This document shows, in pieces, positions 21,100 to 33,292 of a DNA stretch of 64,000 nucleotides. Numbering within the stretch: the first letter of the stretch is position 1; every line of letters starts with the position of its first letter. The notes under the pieces are model-generated. The model did not search any database. It saw nothing but the letters and a program-made list of their open reading frames with translations, and had not been told where the DNA came from. Source of the stretch: Anthoceros angustus. Taxonomy: Eukaryota > Plantae > Anthocerotophyta. The stretch lies in assembly GCA_010909165.1 (NCBI GenBank), contig MU008154.1:1167478-1231477 (forward strand), given 5' to 3'. Both the position numbers and the translations under genes were made by a program.

Positions 21100-24000
21100 C
21101 AAGTAGTCGCTTTCTTACGGTCTTAGCACTTCTTTCCGTCTGTTCTTAGGGTTTTCCGGACCTTTTTGCCATCTTCTCCTTCTTCTTCCGGGGCCCCGTG
21201 ATTGACTCAAGTCTTGAAGGTCGATGGGTGCGCATGTTCCTTGAACCAAGTGTAGCGTTGCCCCGGCTTAACGATCTCCCCGCCATCTCTTTGGCAAAAC
21301 CGGATGTCCACGTTTGTGTGGTTTGGTGGTCAACTCTTCCTCGTAGGAAACACTTCATGGCCTGTAATACGCTGTTCGATGAATATTGTGCTCCTCTGTT
21401 CTTGGTCAACATATCATTCCTCCCTTCGAATGCAAGTATTCCACTCCGCTTCCGAGCATCCATCTATAACCCATTCCCTCTTCGTGAATAGGTCATAGCG
21501 GACCATCAACCCTATTGGCTTTTGGTAAGGAGAAACAACATGGCCATCGTTGGACACATTCAAAAGTTTCTTCACGATGCGCTATGTCGAATAAGCGAGC
21601 ATTGCTCCAATCTCTACCGCACTATTGGACAATGCACGCACTTCCTCATATCTTCAACAGTTGGGTGAACACCATACCCACATCATGTACTCATGATTCT
21701 CGTAAAGTCCCTCGTCCGAAACCAAGTTGTCTTTCTCCTGCACCATTGTATAAACCCCCTTTTCACACCATTTTCGCGGTGCATTTTGGACATCCCGCAT
21801 CCGGTCCGTCCATGCATGAATATCACGGAAAGTCTTGCATTCGGTGATTGTCATGAATCCATCCATTATCTTCTCCAAATCCTCACATGTCATCTCCTTA
21901 TCCCATGTCTCCGATAAATTGCCCCTTGGTAAATCGGCGACCAACGACTTGTATTCTCTTTTCCCCAAGTAGGCAGCCATTTCACGAATATCACCGTTAT
22001 TACAGTAACGGACCTTTGCTTGCTTTTGAACATGGAAAATGTCTAGTTTTGCGTCGTTGTCTTCGCCATTCTCTCTGCAAATCTTCCACCCTCTTCCAAT
22101 TTCTTGCCGCATTGATGTGCTCTTTGAAGCTATCGGGTATCATCTTCTCTTTGTACTCTTCGCCTTGTTCCGCACAGATGGAGACGCTCATAGGTGCAAC
22201 GAAGGCAGTCGCAAACTAGTTTTGCGCACTTGCTAACTCGTGGCAATACACCGTGTACTTACAATGTGATCAAACACGGTTGAAATTTCGCTATATCTTA
22301 CGGTGTTGAGTGCCTCGGATATTCTCGCTCAACTTCGCAAATGAATTGCACCTCGGTCGAGCAAAATCATGCGGATGACATTCAACTTCTTGGCCTTCGT
22401 TATCCACGTTTTCATGCGCTCACGGTCAACTCGCCTTGAATCACTTTCTCCAGCAGCATATAATCCTTTCACCGCTTCGAGGCATGCCTGAAAACTCTCC
22501 AATTGGTCGCATGCATTGGCTTTATAATCAAATTTGGATCCATCGGCTCATGTCCGACACGTTTTGATTTCCCCTCTTGCTGCCTTTCTTCGGTTACCTT
22601 GCTCGGAAGCTCACCCCTCTCCCAAAGATCGAAAACCTCGTCCACCGTGTCCACACATGAGGCGGGACACTAGCAATGCATAGCAGCGGTTTCGTCGACA
22701 AGTCGTGCATTTCTTCCCGATCGAGCGTCGCCGATGGCGCCTAGCATCCGATATAGATTGTACTTCCAATCCATTGTAATGCTAATACCCTCCTCGATTT
22801 TCATTTCATCGTGAATATCGGACTTGCTCAATGAAAGACATCCTCTTCCGGAAATCGCCTTGACATTGTGATCGTGGCGGACACGCATCTCTGCACAGGT
22901 TAAGCTGCATATATATGAGCTTCCATATCTTTGGAAGTGTGAGTTCTCCGGGTCTTCACAGACAGCGTTGAACGCATAAGCCGTGGTTCCCACCCAATAC
23001 TCCCATGGTGTCTGCTGCCTTTTCAACTTGTCTTTGTCAAAGACCTCCACGCACGCACTCCTTGGATCGATCATACATAGCGGAGGAAGTACTCCCTCTT
23101 GCAGGTCCCTTTTAATTTCCGGAGAAGATGTTTTCCCCATGATTCATCCACTCTTGGATCGGCGTCACGAGTAATGTAGTCTGCGCTTCTCAACTTGGTG
23201 ATGGCAACCATATCCGTATGCGGAATGCACCTCTTTTGTACCGACTCGAATTTGATGTAACGGGTCCTTATCTTTGTTGCGCTCGCTCCACTCGTTGTCC
23301 GCGACTTTTGGTGATGACGCCGCCCGTCGCTGGTGTCTCGTCAATGTCATTCCTCTTCCTCTTCCTTTTGGTTTACCTTTCGTCCTTGCGGTGGCTGGAA
23401 CATCGCGTCTACCTCCTTGAGGTTGGTTGTACAGGCTCGCTCCTTCACGATTCTTTGACCCTCTTGTCCAAACTTTGTAGAAGGCTGGGCATCCTCCAAT
23501 GCATGGCGATTCTTGGGACATTGTGACGTTTTGAGCCCCTCGCTATGTATATCCTCTCTGTTGTTGTCGTGCTTCAACTCTATCGGTTGTCGATGCATCT
23601 CGTCGTCCTCAACATCTTCATTTGCGGTTTCATGCTCTTCATATTCTCCACTATCGTCATCCGAATATCTATACTCCGCAAGTACCTCTCTATTTCTTGT
23701 TCCATTGAATCGTCATCAGAATTACCCATATTGAGCGCCGATGATGTTTTGGTCGTGGTTGCGAATCGCTTTTCCTAGCCTCTCCATCGCTATCTCGGAG
23801 CGGATCGCTTTCACATGCTTGTTCGGCCATCTTCATCATCATCAACCCTAGAACTATTTCTTTTGGAGAAACGCCAAGATAGTCCCGAATGTATGCATCA
23901 CAAAGACAACCACTCCATTAACCGGATACATCAACCGATACATTAACCATCCTCGGTACAAAGGTGGCAAACATCCGGGCAGGGACGCGACGCGCACGCG

Positions 24001-25050
24001 CACAAGTGCGCGCAGTGCGCGCAGTGCGCGCAGTGCGCGCGCGCGCGCGCGCGCGCGCGCGCGCGCGCGCGCGCGCGCGCGCGCGCGCGCGCGCGCGCGC
24101 GCGCGCGCGCATGCGCGCGCGCGCGCGCGCGCGCGCGCGCGCGCGCGCGCGCGCGCGCGCGCATGCGCGCGCATGCGCGCGCATGCGCGCGCATGCGCGC
24201 GCATGCGCGCGCATGCGCGCGCATGCGCGCGCATGCGCGCGCGCGCGCGCGCGCGCATGCGCGCGCATGCGCGCGCATGCGCGCGCATGCGCGCGCATGC
24301 GCGCGCATGCGCGCGCATGCGCGCGCATGCGCGCGCATGCGCGCGCATGCGCGCGCATGCGCGCGTGCATCTCCGGCACAAAGACATGGTGCCATCGAAA
24401 AAAAAAGTGAGCGATCTCGTCCACATACCTTGTCACTTGTCATGGCCCCGTCCACGGTCTTGGGTATTGCATCGCCTTGGAATCGTTGTCCGCACTCAAT
24501 CAAAGAGTGATGCTTAGAATTCCTCAAAAGAACTTCTCCTCATTGTGCATATCAGAGTTTGATTACGCATTGCGCGGACTTCATACTTCCAAGCCCATAG
24601 AATGTACCCAACCACAATCTTGTCCTCAACGCATCCATATACCCGTTCACCAGGCGGATGGGATCAAAATTACATTGGGGTGGAGTCGGTTCCTTCTTCA
24701 TGGATGCACCATTCCTTGTCCAAGAGCCCTGCTCGATAGATCGGTGCAAATCTCGATCAACACATTTTCTCAGAGAAAGGATTCTCCAATGTGGTCCACA
24801 GCACAATCCGATATCATCGAAAAATGTTGATGCTCATCATGCCACGATGCTCCTTGCTTGGGCCTCGTGTGATGTCCCTTGTGAAGGCCACTCTTCCATC
24901 GATGCTCCTTGTGGGAGGAGTCGACTTTACGGAGGGTCCGGATGTTGGTGGTTCATGACCACCACCCGCACCTCCGTTTCCGGAAGCTCGTGCCTCGACA
25001 TTGACTTCGCCCTCGCTTTGGAGGTTTGGTGGTGGAGGCTCTCAAAAGTT
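21100..25050 (-). pseudogene. Frameshifted cargo gene: acidic region, ParB-like domain, beta-class N6A/N4C DNA methyltransferase domain
   Basis: MTase: YCNNGDIREM..YKSLVADLPRG..TWD (motif IV-like, DLPRG at 21921-21935), HEYMMW, PYQKPIGLM (PYQKP at 21516-21530), WVIDGCS-GSG-ILA..EGRN (motif I, about 21415-21475, one base short). ParB-like: PRVDESWGKHLLRKLK..PPLCMIDP..YWV-GNH (22983-22999)..HN. Gene boundaries are approximate. Confidence 0.68.
23987..24369. repeat. (GC)n / (GCGCGCATGC)n alternating purine-pyrimidine, self-complementary array
   Basis: Directly visible; lies within a putative minus-strand GT-AG intron at 23848-24428. Confidence 0.9.
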
Positions 25051-25667
25051 GGCTGTTTTGCACGCACTTGCGCGGATGGACATGTCTCAACCGGCACACG
25101 TGAAGCATTAGAGGAAAATCAGACAACCACCAAGGGAAAAGGAAGGTTGAAGTGTCTTCATTTCATGAAACAAGCCAAATTATAGATCCACACGCTATTT
25201 CGGTTCTCTTTATATAGTATACACCCAAACCTCAAACAGAATGCACACACCGCCACAAAGCCACCAAACCACTCCAAAAAGCACTTGCCCAACAGCCAAA
25301 GAAACGTTAAAAACGCACCAACCGCCCAAAACGAGAGGCACACACAGCAAAACGCACTGCCCGCCAAAATCAAACCAGGTGCCCACGGCGGTTGCCTCGC
25401 GAAAGCACTGGGCGCCCGCCACACAAGCTCGCACCAAGTGGTCGCAAACGCCAAGACCGGGGTTCCCGCCAACAAAGCCGCGCAAGGTGGCCCAATAAGA
25501 GCAGCACTGTGGTGCCCCAGGCACATCTAAAGTGCCACCACAAGCATCCGCTTCTGCGCACACCGAGATGCGCGCACACACACGATGCAGCGCGAATCAG
25601 CGAGATGCGCTGAGCACTGACCCAACTGGATCGCGCGCTCTTGCTCACAGCCAGCGATGCGCTCTTC

Positions 25668-28600
25668 CTCTTGTTGTCGCTTGCCGATCTAATCCGTATT
25701 CCTCTTGCCTCACCGCAATCCCGGTTCTCTCGACCCCAAAACGAGGCTCACTTGAATGTTTGTTTCAGGCACAATCTTATGCGGCATGATTAACACAGCT
25801 TGCCTAACCACGGGTTAACTAAGCTGGGTTGAAGGTTAAGTCGGTTTCCGTTATAGCCCTTATTTCAAGCGAGCGTTTGGTAATTAACATTGGCGGCTAC
25901 TATAACGGGTTAAACACGCCACCATAATCATGTATGCATATTTTAAGGTTCAAACAAGATGGACAAACTCCAATCGCAGCTTCTTCCTCTCATAGTTGCG
26001 ACATTTGCGTTTGAAGAGCTGAAATGCTGGCCTTCTCCATCCTACTCTTGCGGTCGGAGTCGGGCGATGGAAGGCCATAAGCGGCGATGGGCGGTCTGTG
26101 ACAATGTATCACGCATGATGTTTTGCGGTAGCGCCTCGCCCGTGTGCGTCGTCGCGGAAGATTGAGAAGGTGACAATCATGGACACCACTCCGAGCATGG
26201 AAGGCATCGGAAGGTCTCATCGATACAACTCCGTTGAAGAGGAGAGAAGGTAGGCCAAGCATTACGGATACCACGCCAATTCATTAGGAGCGGTGAAGAT
26301 GGAATGCATGAAATTGTTTCTTCATCGCTCCATGGAGGAGGTCGGGAATGATGGGAGAATTTTGCGGGAAGGAGGATGCGGGCACGAACACCAGCGCATC
26401 CAGGCCGAGCCTTTCACGAAGCGTCGAGTCACATTGTCCGGTGAAGCGTAGACATTATCCAAGCGGAGATTGAAGAGGACCATGAAGGCATGCGGCGTTG
26501 AAGAAATACATAGCATGGTCTTCGCATTCTTGTAGCGGTTGTTTCTTTGCAATTGGGAAAGAAGAATATAGAGAGCCTCGAGATATCGCTTCTTGTCCCT
26601 GGCCGCCGATCAAGCCTCTCTCTTGTTGTCGCTTGCCGATCTAATCCGTATTCCTCTTGCCTCACCGCAATCCCGGTTCTCTCGACCCCAAAACGAGGCT
26701 CACTTGAATGTTTGTTTCAGGCACAATCTTATGCGGCATGATTAACACAGCTTGCCTAACCACGGGTTAACTAAGCTGGGTTGAAGGTTAAGTCGGTTTC
26801 CGTTATAGCCCTTATTTCAAGCGAGCGTTTGGTAATTAACATTGGCGGCTACTATAACGGGTTAAACACGCCACCATAATCATGTATGCATATTTTAAGG
26901 TTCAAACAAGATGGACAAACTCCAATCGCAGCTTCTTCCTCTCATAGTTGCGACATTTGCGTTTGAAGAGCTGAAATGCTGGCCTTCTCCATCCTACTCT
27001 TGCGGTCGGAGTCGGGCGATGGAAGGCCATAAGCGGCGATGGGCGGTCTGTGACAATGTATCACGCATGATGTTTTGCGGTAGCGCCTCGCCCGTGTGCG
27101 TCGTCGCGGAAGATTGAGAAGGTGACAATCATGGACACCACTCCGAGCATGGAAGGCATCGGAAGGTCTCATCGATACAACTCCGTTGAAGAGGAGAGAA
27201 GGTAGGCCAAGCATTACGGATACCACGCCAATTCATTAGGAGCGGTGAAGATGGAATGCATGAAATTGTTTCTTCATCGCTCCATGGAGGAGGTCGGGAA
27301 TGATGGGAGAATTTTGCGGGAAGGAGGATGCGGGCACGAACACCAGCGCATCCAGGCCGAGCCTTTCACGAAGCGTCGAGTCACATTGTCCGGTGAAGCG
27401 TAGACATTATCCAAGCGGAGATTGAAGAGGACCATGAAGGCATGCGGCGTTGAAGAAATACATAGCATGGTCTTCGCATTCTTGTAGCGGTTGTTTCTTT
27501 GCAATTGGGAAAGAAGAATATAGAGAGCCTCGAGATATCGCTTCTTGGGATTGCCTCGAGAACAGGAAATATATTTGCAAGGATTGCTCGAGGTAGAACA
27601 AGCAACTCTGCAATGTTCTCAATTTTCTCACAGGAGACAACGAGTTGCAATGTTGTGTCTGAAGTTTCGGAAAAGTGTTACGCATTGGATGGCGGAGGTA
27701 TGAACATTTGAAACAGAGAGTACTAACGAACACACCATGTGCGAGAAGTTAACTGCTTGCCTAACCACGGGTTAACTAACTGCGGGTTGAAGGTTAAGGT
27801 TAGGTTTCCGTTATAGCCCTTATTTCAAGCGAGCGTTTGGTAATTAACATTGGCGGCTACTATAACGGGTTAAACCTCGCCACCATAATCATGTATGCAT
27901 ATTTTAACGTTCAAACAAGATGGACAAACTCCATAAATCGAGCTCTTCTTCCTCATAGTTGCGACATTCTGCGAAGTTTGAAGAGCGGTGAAATGCACGC
28001 TTCTCCATCCTACTCTTGCGGTCGGAGTCGGGCGATGGAAGGCCATAAGCATGATGGCTCTCGATGTATCACGCATGATGTTTTGCGGTAGCGCCTCGCC
28101 CGTGTGCGTCGTCGCGGAAGATTGAGAAGGTGACAATCATGGACACCACTCCGAGCATGGAAGGCATCGGAAGGTCTCTCATCGATACAACTCCGTTGAA
28201 GAAGGGAGAGGTAGGCCAAGGATTCGGATACCACGCCAATCCGGATTAGGAACGAGGTCAAGATGGAATGCGGCGGTGAAATTGTTTCTTCATCGCTCCA
28301 TGGAGGAGGTCGGGAATGATGGGAGAATTTTGCGGGAAGGAGGATGCGTACGTAACACCGCAGGGCATCCAGCCGAGCCTTTCACGAAGCGTCGAGTCAC
28401 ATTGTCCGGTGAAGCGTAGACATTATCCGGAGATTGAAGAGGACCATGAAGCGGCAGTTGAAGAAATACATAGCATGGTCTTCGCATTCTTGTAGCGGTT
28501 GTTTCTTTGCAATTGGGAAAGAAGAATATAGAGTGCCTGAGGTATCGCTTCTTGGGAATGCCTCGAGAACAACAGGAAATATATTTGCAAGGATTGCTCG

Positions 28601-28760
28601 AGGTTGAGCAACCAACCTCTACTGGTCGCAATGTACTCAATTTTCTCCTGGGAGACACAGGTTGCAATGTTGTGTTTGAAGTTTCAGAAAAGTGTTCTGC
28701 ATTGGATGGCGCAGATATGAACGTCTGAAACAGAGAGTACTAACGAACACACCATGGTCA
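25668..28760. repeat. Three tandem copies of a ~950-1000 bp segment (upstream region and 5' part of the transposase)
   Basis: Identical ORFs offset by 952 bp (25959/26911, 25990/26942, 26322/27274). The third copy, from about 27755, differs by indels and runs into the transposase. Confidence 0.9.
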
Positions 28761-31037
28761 TCGGAATTGAAGTTCCAAGGACGCCCAACTGAAGATCATG
28801 TTCTGGATTGTATTGCTTGGATGGAAACGTTTTTCAAGCTAACAGCTGAACGAATGCCCAATGTTTCAATTTTCAACTTGCCAGATTCATATACCAAAGG
28901 AGAGATATTCCAGGACTACAAACGAGAGGTTTCAAGAGTCGGTTGACCAACGTCTCTCATTCTCACTGCCTTATGGAAGAAACATTTTCCAAAAGTGAAG
29001 ATACCAAAGTGTAGCGTTTTCAAAATCGTCCAATGCGAAGCGTTGAAGGCGACCATCGAGATGACCAAAGAACCGACAAGAACAAGGTATTTCATATCCA
29101 GTTTCCTTTTGACTTCCATGGAATCATGAGCACCACCGCTTGTCTCGTTTGTTCACCACCGCCTTGCGCTGCGCGCAGTGCGCGCGCGGGCGCGTGCGCG
29201 CGCGGGCGCGTGCGCGCGCATGCGCGCGCATGCGCGCGCATGCGCGCGCGGGCGCGTGCGCGCGCGGGCGCGTGCGCGCGCATGCGCGCGCATGCGCGCG
29301 CATGCGCGCGCATGCGCGCGCATGCGCGCGCATGCGCGCGCATGCGGCGCGCAAGACCGGGTCCATGCACCGCAGACCAAGGACAAAATCGACCATGTGA
29401 TCCATTTTTATGCGTGATGAGGTCCATGAGCAAAGATCTGAACATCGGTCGGCGATCAAGCGGGGCGACTAAAACTTGCAAAACATCGTTTGAAGTGTAA
29501 AGGCCAACCGAGCAAATACATTGGAATGGCGATAGACGGATGGACCAAAGCAAGACGGAGCTCCACATTTTCCCGCCTCCAAAGGATTTTGCGGATGGTC
29601 TCATCGGGTCCATGTTGTGGGTTGTTTGGTATACAACAACATTATGAAGACCGGTGTTTGTGAACTTCCGAATATTCGAACGACGCCAACTTAACTATTC
29701 ATATCATCCGTGATGTTATTCTCACATATGAGATGGTTCCGTCAAGACGCTTTTACTTGCAACTGGACAACACGGCGGAGAAAACAAGAATATGTTGTTG
29801 TTTGCATACTTGAGTATGCTTGTCGAGCGGGTCTTGATAAGGTGAAGGTGGGCTTCCTTCTTGTCGGGCACACACATGATGCGATTGATCAAATGTTCTC
29901 GTGCTTTTCTAAAAGTCTCGTGCACAAAAAGCAATGTCACTCGAAACCCTTATGAGTTTGATTCATCGCTTATACACCCAATCCAAGTGAAAATGGTTTC
30001 CGAGGTGGCCGATTTGAGCTTTATCGGCCCAATGGGATGGGTAAAAGAGGACACGAGATGCGTAAGGAATTTGCACAATCATAGTTATCGACATCAATTC
30101 AAAATTTCAAGGGAAGAAAGAGTCGGGAGCCACCGTAATAGCCTTCGTGGCAAGGCACTTTCTACTTGTTCACATTGGGAACCGTTGGAGGTTTGGAGTT
30201 CCTTCGAGAATACCAAACAGATATAAGGGGCGCCTTTATGTCCACTTCAATCATGGCAAACCCGGGACGCACGCATAAATCATTGAGCCATTAGGAAAGC
30301 CCTCAAGAACCGATGCAAAAATATCTATCTGGAAGACAAAGTATGGTGGAACTCGTTACGGGCATCACGATCGATATTTGCGACAAAATCGAGGAGGAGT
30401 CCATCGAGATCTTCAAAAGCATGGGAGTGGTACAACAGGACGAGGCCGAGCGGAACTTAAATCCCATTGACGTTCCGGATGTCTTTGTCATTCGGCTCGA
30501 TTCGCGAACCACGCGTCACATGTATCGGAATTTTAGGCCACGGGAGCGCGACCATCGAGTTGGCGAGATTCGATGGGGATGTGTCCGAGATCGACGAGGC
30601 CATATGATTGCGGTCCCATGTGAGACGATCGAGCAGGCCTTTACGGATTGCAGTGGAAGACTTGGATTTCTTATGTGACGAACCTTACCTAGTTGTCCGG
30701 TGGTGGGTGACGAGAATAGCAATGCGTTTGAGGAAGGTACCTACCGGAGGAGATATTGGCTCCACACAATGTGATAGAGAGGGTTTGCGACAACGGAGGA
30801 AGCGACCCAAGCACTGGATCATTGTTGATATCGGAGACATTTATTTTGGCATCTGGGTTCTCGTTTGCAAGGGATAGCACTCTACAAGTCCGCATACGTG
30901 AGCTTATCAAGACAAAGCTATTCGAACTTCAACATCTACCGTGGAAGAAGGTAATAGGGTTGAAGATAACGAGACCACCAAGTTCGAGAGGAGATGCATT
31001 GGAGGAAAATGATGATTGGATGAAAATCCGAAAATAA
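28040..31037 (+). pseudogene. Sola1-like (DUF7869-type) DDD transposase, near full-length, broken by many small indels
   Basis: AWMETFFKLTAERMP..NLPDSYTK; AIDG-MDQSKT (about 29530); DANLTI; FYLQLDNT-ENKN (about 29755-29790); KVGFLLVGHTHDAIDQMFS (about 29845-29900); HQFKIS; stop at 31035-31037. The start is approximate. Confidence 0.82.
29166..29352. repeat. Second (GCGCGCATGC)n / GC-alternating array
   Basis: Directly visible; lies inside a putative GT-AG intron at 29087-29375 of the transposase. Confidence 0.9.
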
Positions 31038-32384
31038 GGGTGGTGTAGTTCGATGATGTGATGAAAGACATCCGACTTCCAAGACCAATCGCACAAGAAC
31101 CCGCGAGGCAACGGAACCGGACGCCATCGGTGCTTTTGAAGGCATGTTTGATGATGATCCGACAAGGTCACCGTCAAGGAGACTAAACACCGTAGAGGAT
31201 AGAAAGGTGATAGGGTATTCTTCGTAGCTTTAGGGCATAGGGTAGATAGATGAGGTGTGTCTATGTGGGCGTCCGCGATTTGTGCAACTTATGTCGTCGG
31301 GCTTCCGCCACATCCATGCACCTCCAAGAAGACATATTTCCTCAGTCGAATGATATATTTCGCACTCGTTTTGCCTTGTGCGCGCACAAGTTTGCGCATA
31401 CCCTTGTTTAGGCGCGCACTTACGCGCGCCTAGCCCCCACTTGGTATACAAAAACATATAGAACCACACAAATTGCAGAAACTACTGACATGCCGAAATT
31501 ATGGAAGAATTCGGTCACAGGCCCTTCATCACACCGACAAATTATCCATGAACACGAGTGCAAGGCGCCACCGCGGTGTAAATGACCGGACAGGAAGTGG
31601 TGCCGGAGCCGAGAATGCCCGAATCGATGTATGAACACCTACAAAACTCAACAAAAACCAACTTTTCGGCGGAATAGGGTTGGGATTTTTCCAAAACCCC
31701 TTTGATGAGAAACCTTTGCATTTGTATGGCACATGCCCTTGGGAGCCAGATGGACGGTATATACAAGGTGTGGTAAGATGCACCGGGGTCAACGTTCATG
31801 AAGAAATCCTTCAAGACAGACATGAAAGCCTACTACTCTAAGTTGATAGCTGTCATTTCCATGCTGAAGAAGGAAGCATGGGCGAGTGCAAACTGGCAGG
31901 ATGCGGCAATCAAGGAGGTGGTTGCCCTCATCACCGCAAAGGACCTCGAGTTTTTCCCGCATTTTCACGCCTACGCCCGGGATCGCAGTTGGGCAGGGAG
32001 GTGAGTATATAGGTGCACACTGAGATCGCATAGCAGCCTCGTCGTCTAGCTCCACGGCCTAGAGTGAGCAAAGGAGGATGTTTTCGAGTTCTCGTTCGGC
32101 AGAGGAGAGCTAATCGGGAGTGAGCGAGAGCAAGGGCAGGAAGGAAGAGTTGGCAGAAGAGGATGAGAAGGATGATCAGTGGGTTAAGGTGCACGGATCG
32201 ACTAGCGGGCATTCTGAGCAAGATTGGTGCGGTGCAATTGATGGTGCCCTAGACAGTTATAATAACATATGTAAGAAATTAAATGCAAATGTATTCCGGG
32301 TCTGCACTCTAGACATGATTCATAAAGTCTTGAAGTCTGTATGTGAACAACACATATATAAAAGAATTACAATTTGTACAACAA

Positions 32385-32480
32385 GTGGTCTTTGGTGTAG
32401 TGGTTGAGAACTTGGATTGACATCCACAGATCCTGGTTGAGAACTTGGATTGACATCCACAGATCTTGGGTCCAAAACTT
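32385..32480 (+). repeat. Possible tRNA-derived (SINE-like) remnant with an internal 33-bp tandem duplication
   Basis: A-box-like TGGTGTAGTGG; TGGTTGAGAACTTGGATTGACATCCACAGATC occurs twice; degenerate B-box-like GGGTCCAAAACT. Confidence 0.35.
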
Positions 32481-32776
32481 CATGACTCAGTCATAGAGTT
32501 AATTTTGAAATGTATGACAAAAGTTTCTACATATACAAACTAACGAATAGATTTTAATGAGTTTTGTGAATTGGTCTAAAAGTGGTCATTAGTTTCGTTG
32601 TTCAGTCAACCGTACATTTGAATCCGCTAGGCACAATGTAATCAATTATTTTGATGCAGTATGACACAAGCTAAGCTCCGCGATAGTTCATGCCGCCCAA
32701 CTGCAGAAGTCCACATCTGCATCGTCGGCCGACGCTACCTACATCTTCACGTCTCCCATCTTACGTGGGCCAACGA

Positions 32777-33292
32777 AGAAGAATAATTTTCTTTAAGTCC
32801 ACTAAGGATGGATTTTCCGTCATCGGACTTGGTACTTAACAATTTGTACCATGGTGTGCCTAGGCTACCTGCACCAAGAGCATCCACTCCCTTTAGGCAC
32901 CCCATCTAAGTACCGATTTAAGCGCATGATGCTTAATCACAAAGGACGGATTTCCGTCATGGGACTTGTACTTAACAACTTGTACCATGGTGTGCCTAGG
33001 CTACCTGCACCAAGAGCATCCACTCCCTTTAGGCACCCCATCTAAGTACCGATCTAAGCGTATGATGCTTAATAACGAAGGACGGATTTCCGTCATGGAA
33101 CTTGGTCCTTAACAACTTGTACCATGGTGTGCCTCGGCTACTTGCACCAAGGGCATCCACTCCCTTAGGCACCTCATCTATGTACGGGCATCCACCCCCC
33201 TAGGCACCCCATCTATGTACCCATCTAAACGCATGATGCTTAATCACGAAGTTCTTATAAATGTGTGTTCATTTAGCCTAACCCATTTGGAC
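32777..33292 (+). repeat. Dispersed repeat family, copy 1, containing about three tandem ~137-bp units
   Basis: AAGGA(C/T)GGATTT..CCGTCAT..GACTT starts at 32804, 32942 and 33078; the copy opens with AAGAAGAAT; homologous to 41526-41730 and 47080-47310. Confidence 0.85.

Larger units (their letters stand above)
20654..31717. mobile_element. ~11-kb two-gene DNA transposon (Sola1-like transposase plus ParB-like/DNA methyltransferase cargo gene)
   Basis: The left end GAAAGGGGTTTCTC and right end GAGAAACCTTT are inverted, and both ends match the ends of the 16262-17454 MITE. Two divergent, indel-broken genes lie inside. The exact termini and TSD were not resolved. Confidence 0.75.

Noticed and set aside
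23854-24527. Ala/Arg-rich ORFs (RARARA, MRAHARACAR), also at 29033-29613
   Set aside because: These are translations of the GC microsatellite, which is open in all frames.
16270-31717. A single 15.4-kb element bounded by the 16.3-kb and 31.6-kb inverted repeats
   Set aside because: A second inverted pair (about 17165-17450 versus 20654-20920) is better explained by two separate elements of one family in opposite orientation.
20654-31717. Bacterial contamination as the source of the MTase
   Set aside because: The gene lies between transposon ends shared with a nearby MITE, beside a eukaryotic-type transposase, and shows splice-site-like signals.
31798-32260. Coding-like fragment to the right of the transposon
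   Set aside because: No recognisable domain, and it could not be joined to the left flank to define a target gene or TSD.
32385-32480. Functional tRNA gene
   Set aside because: No complete cloverleaf, an internal duplication and a degenerate B box.
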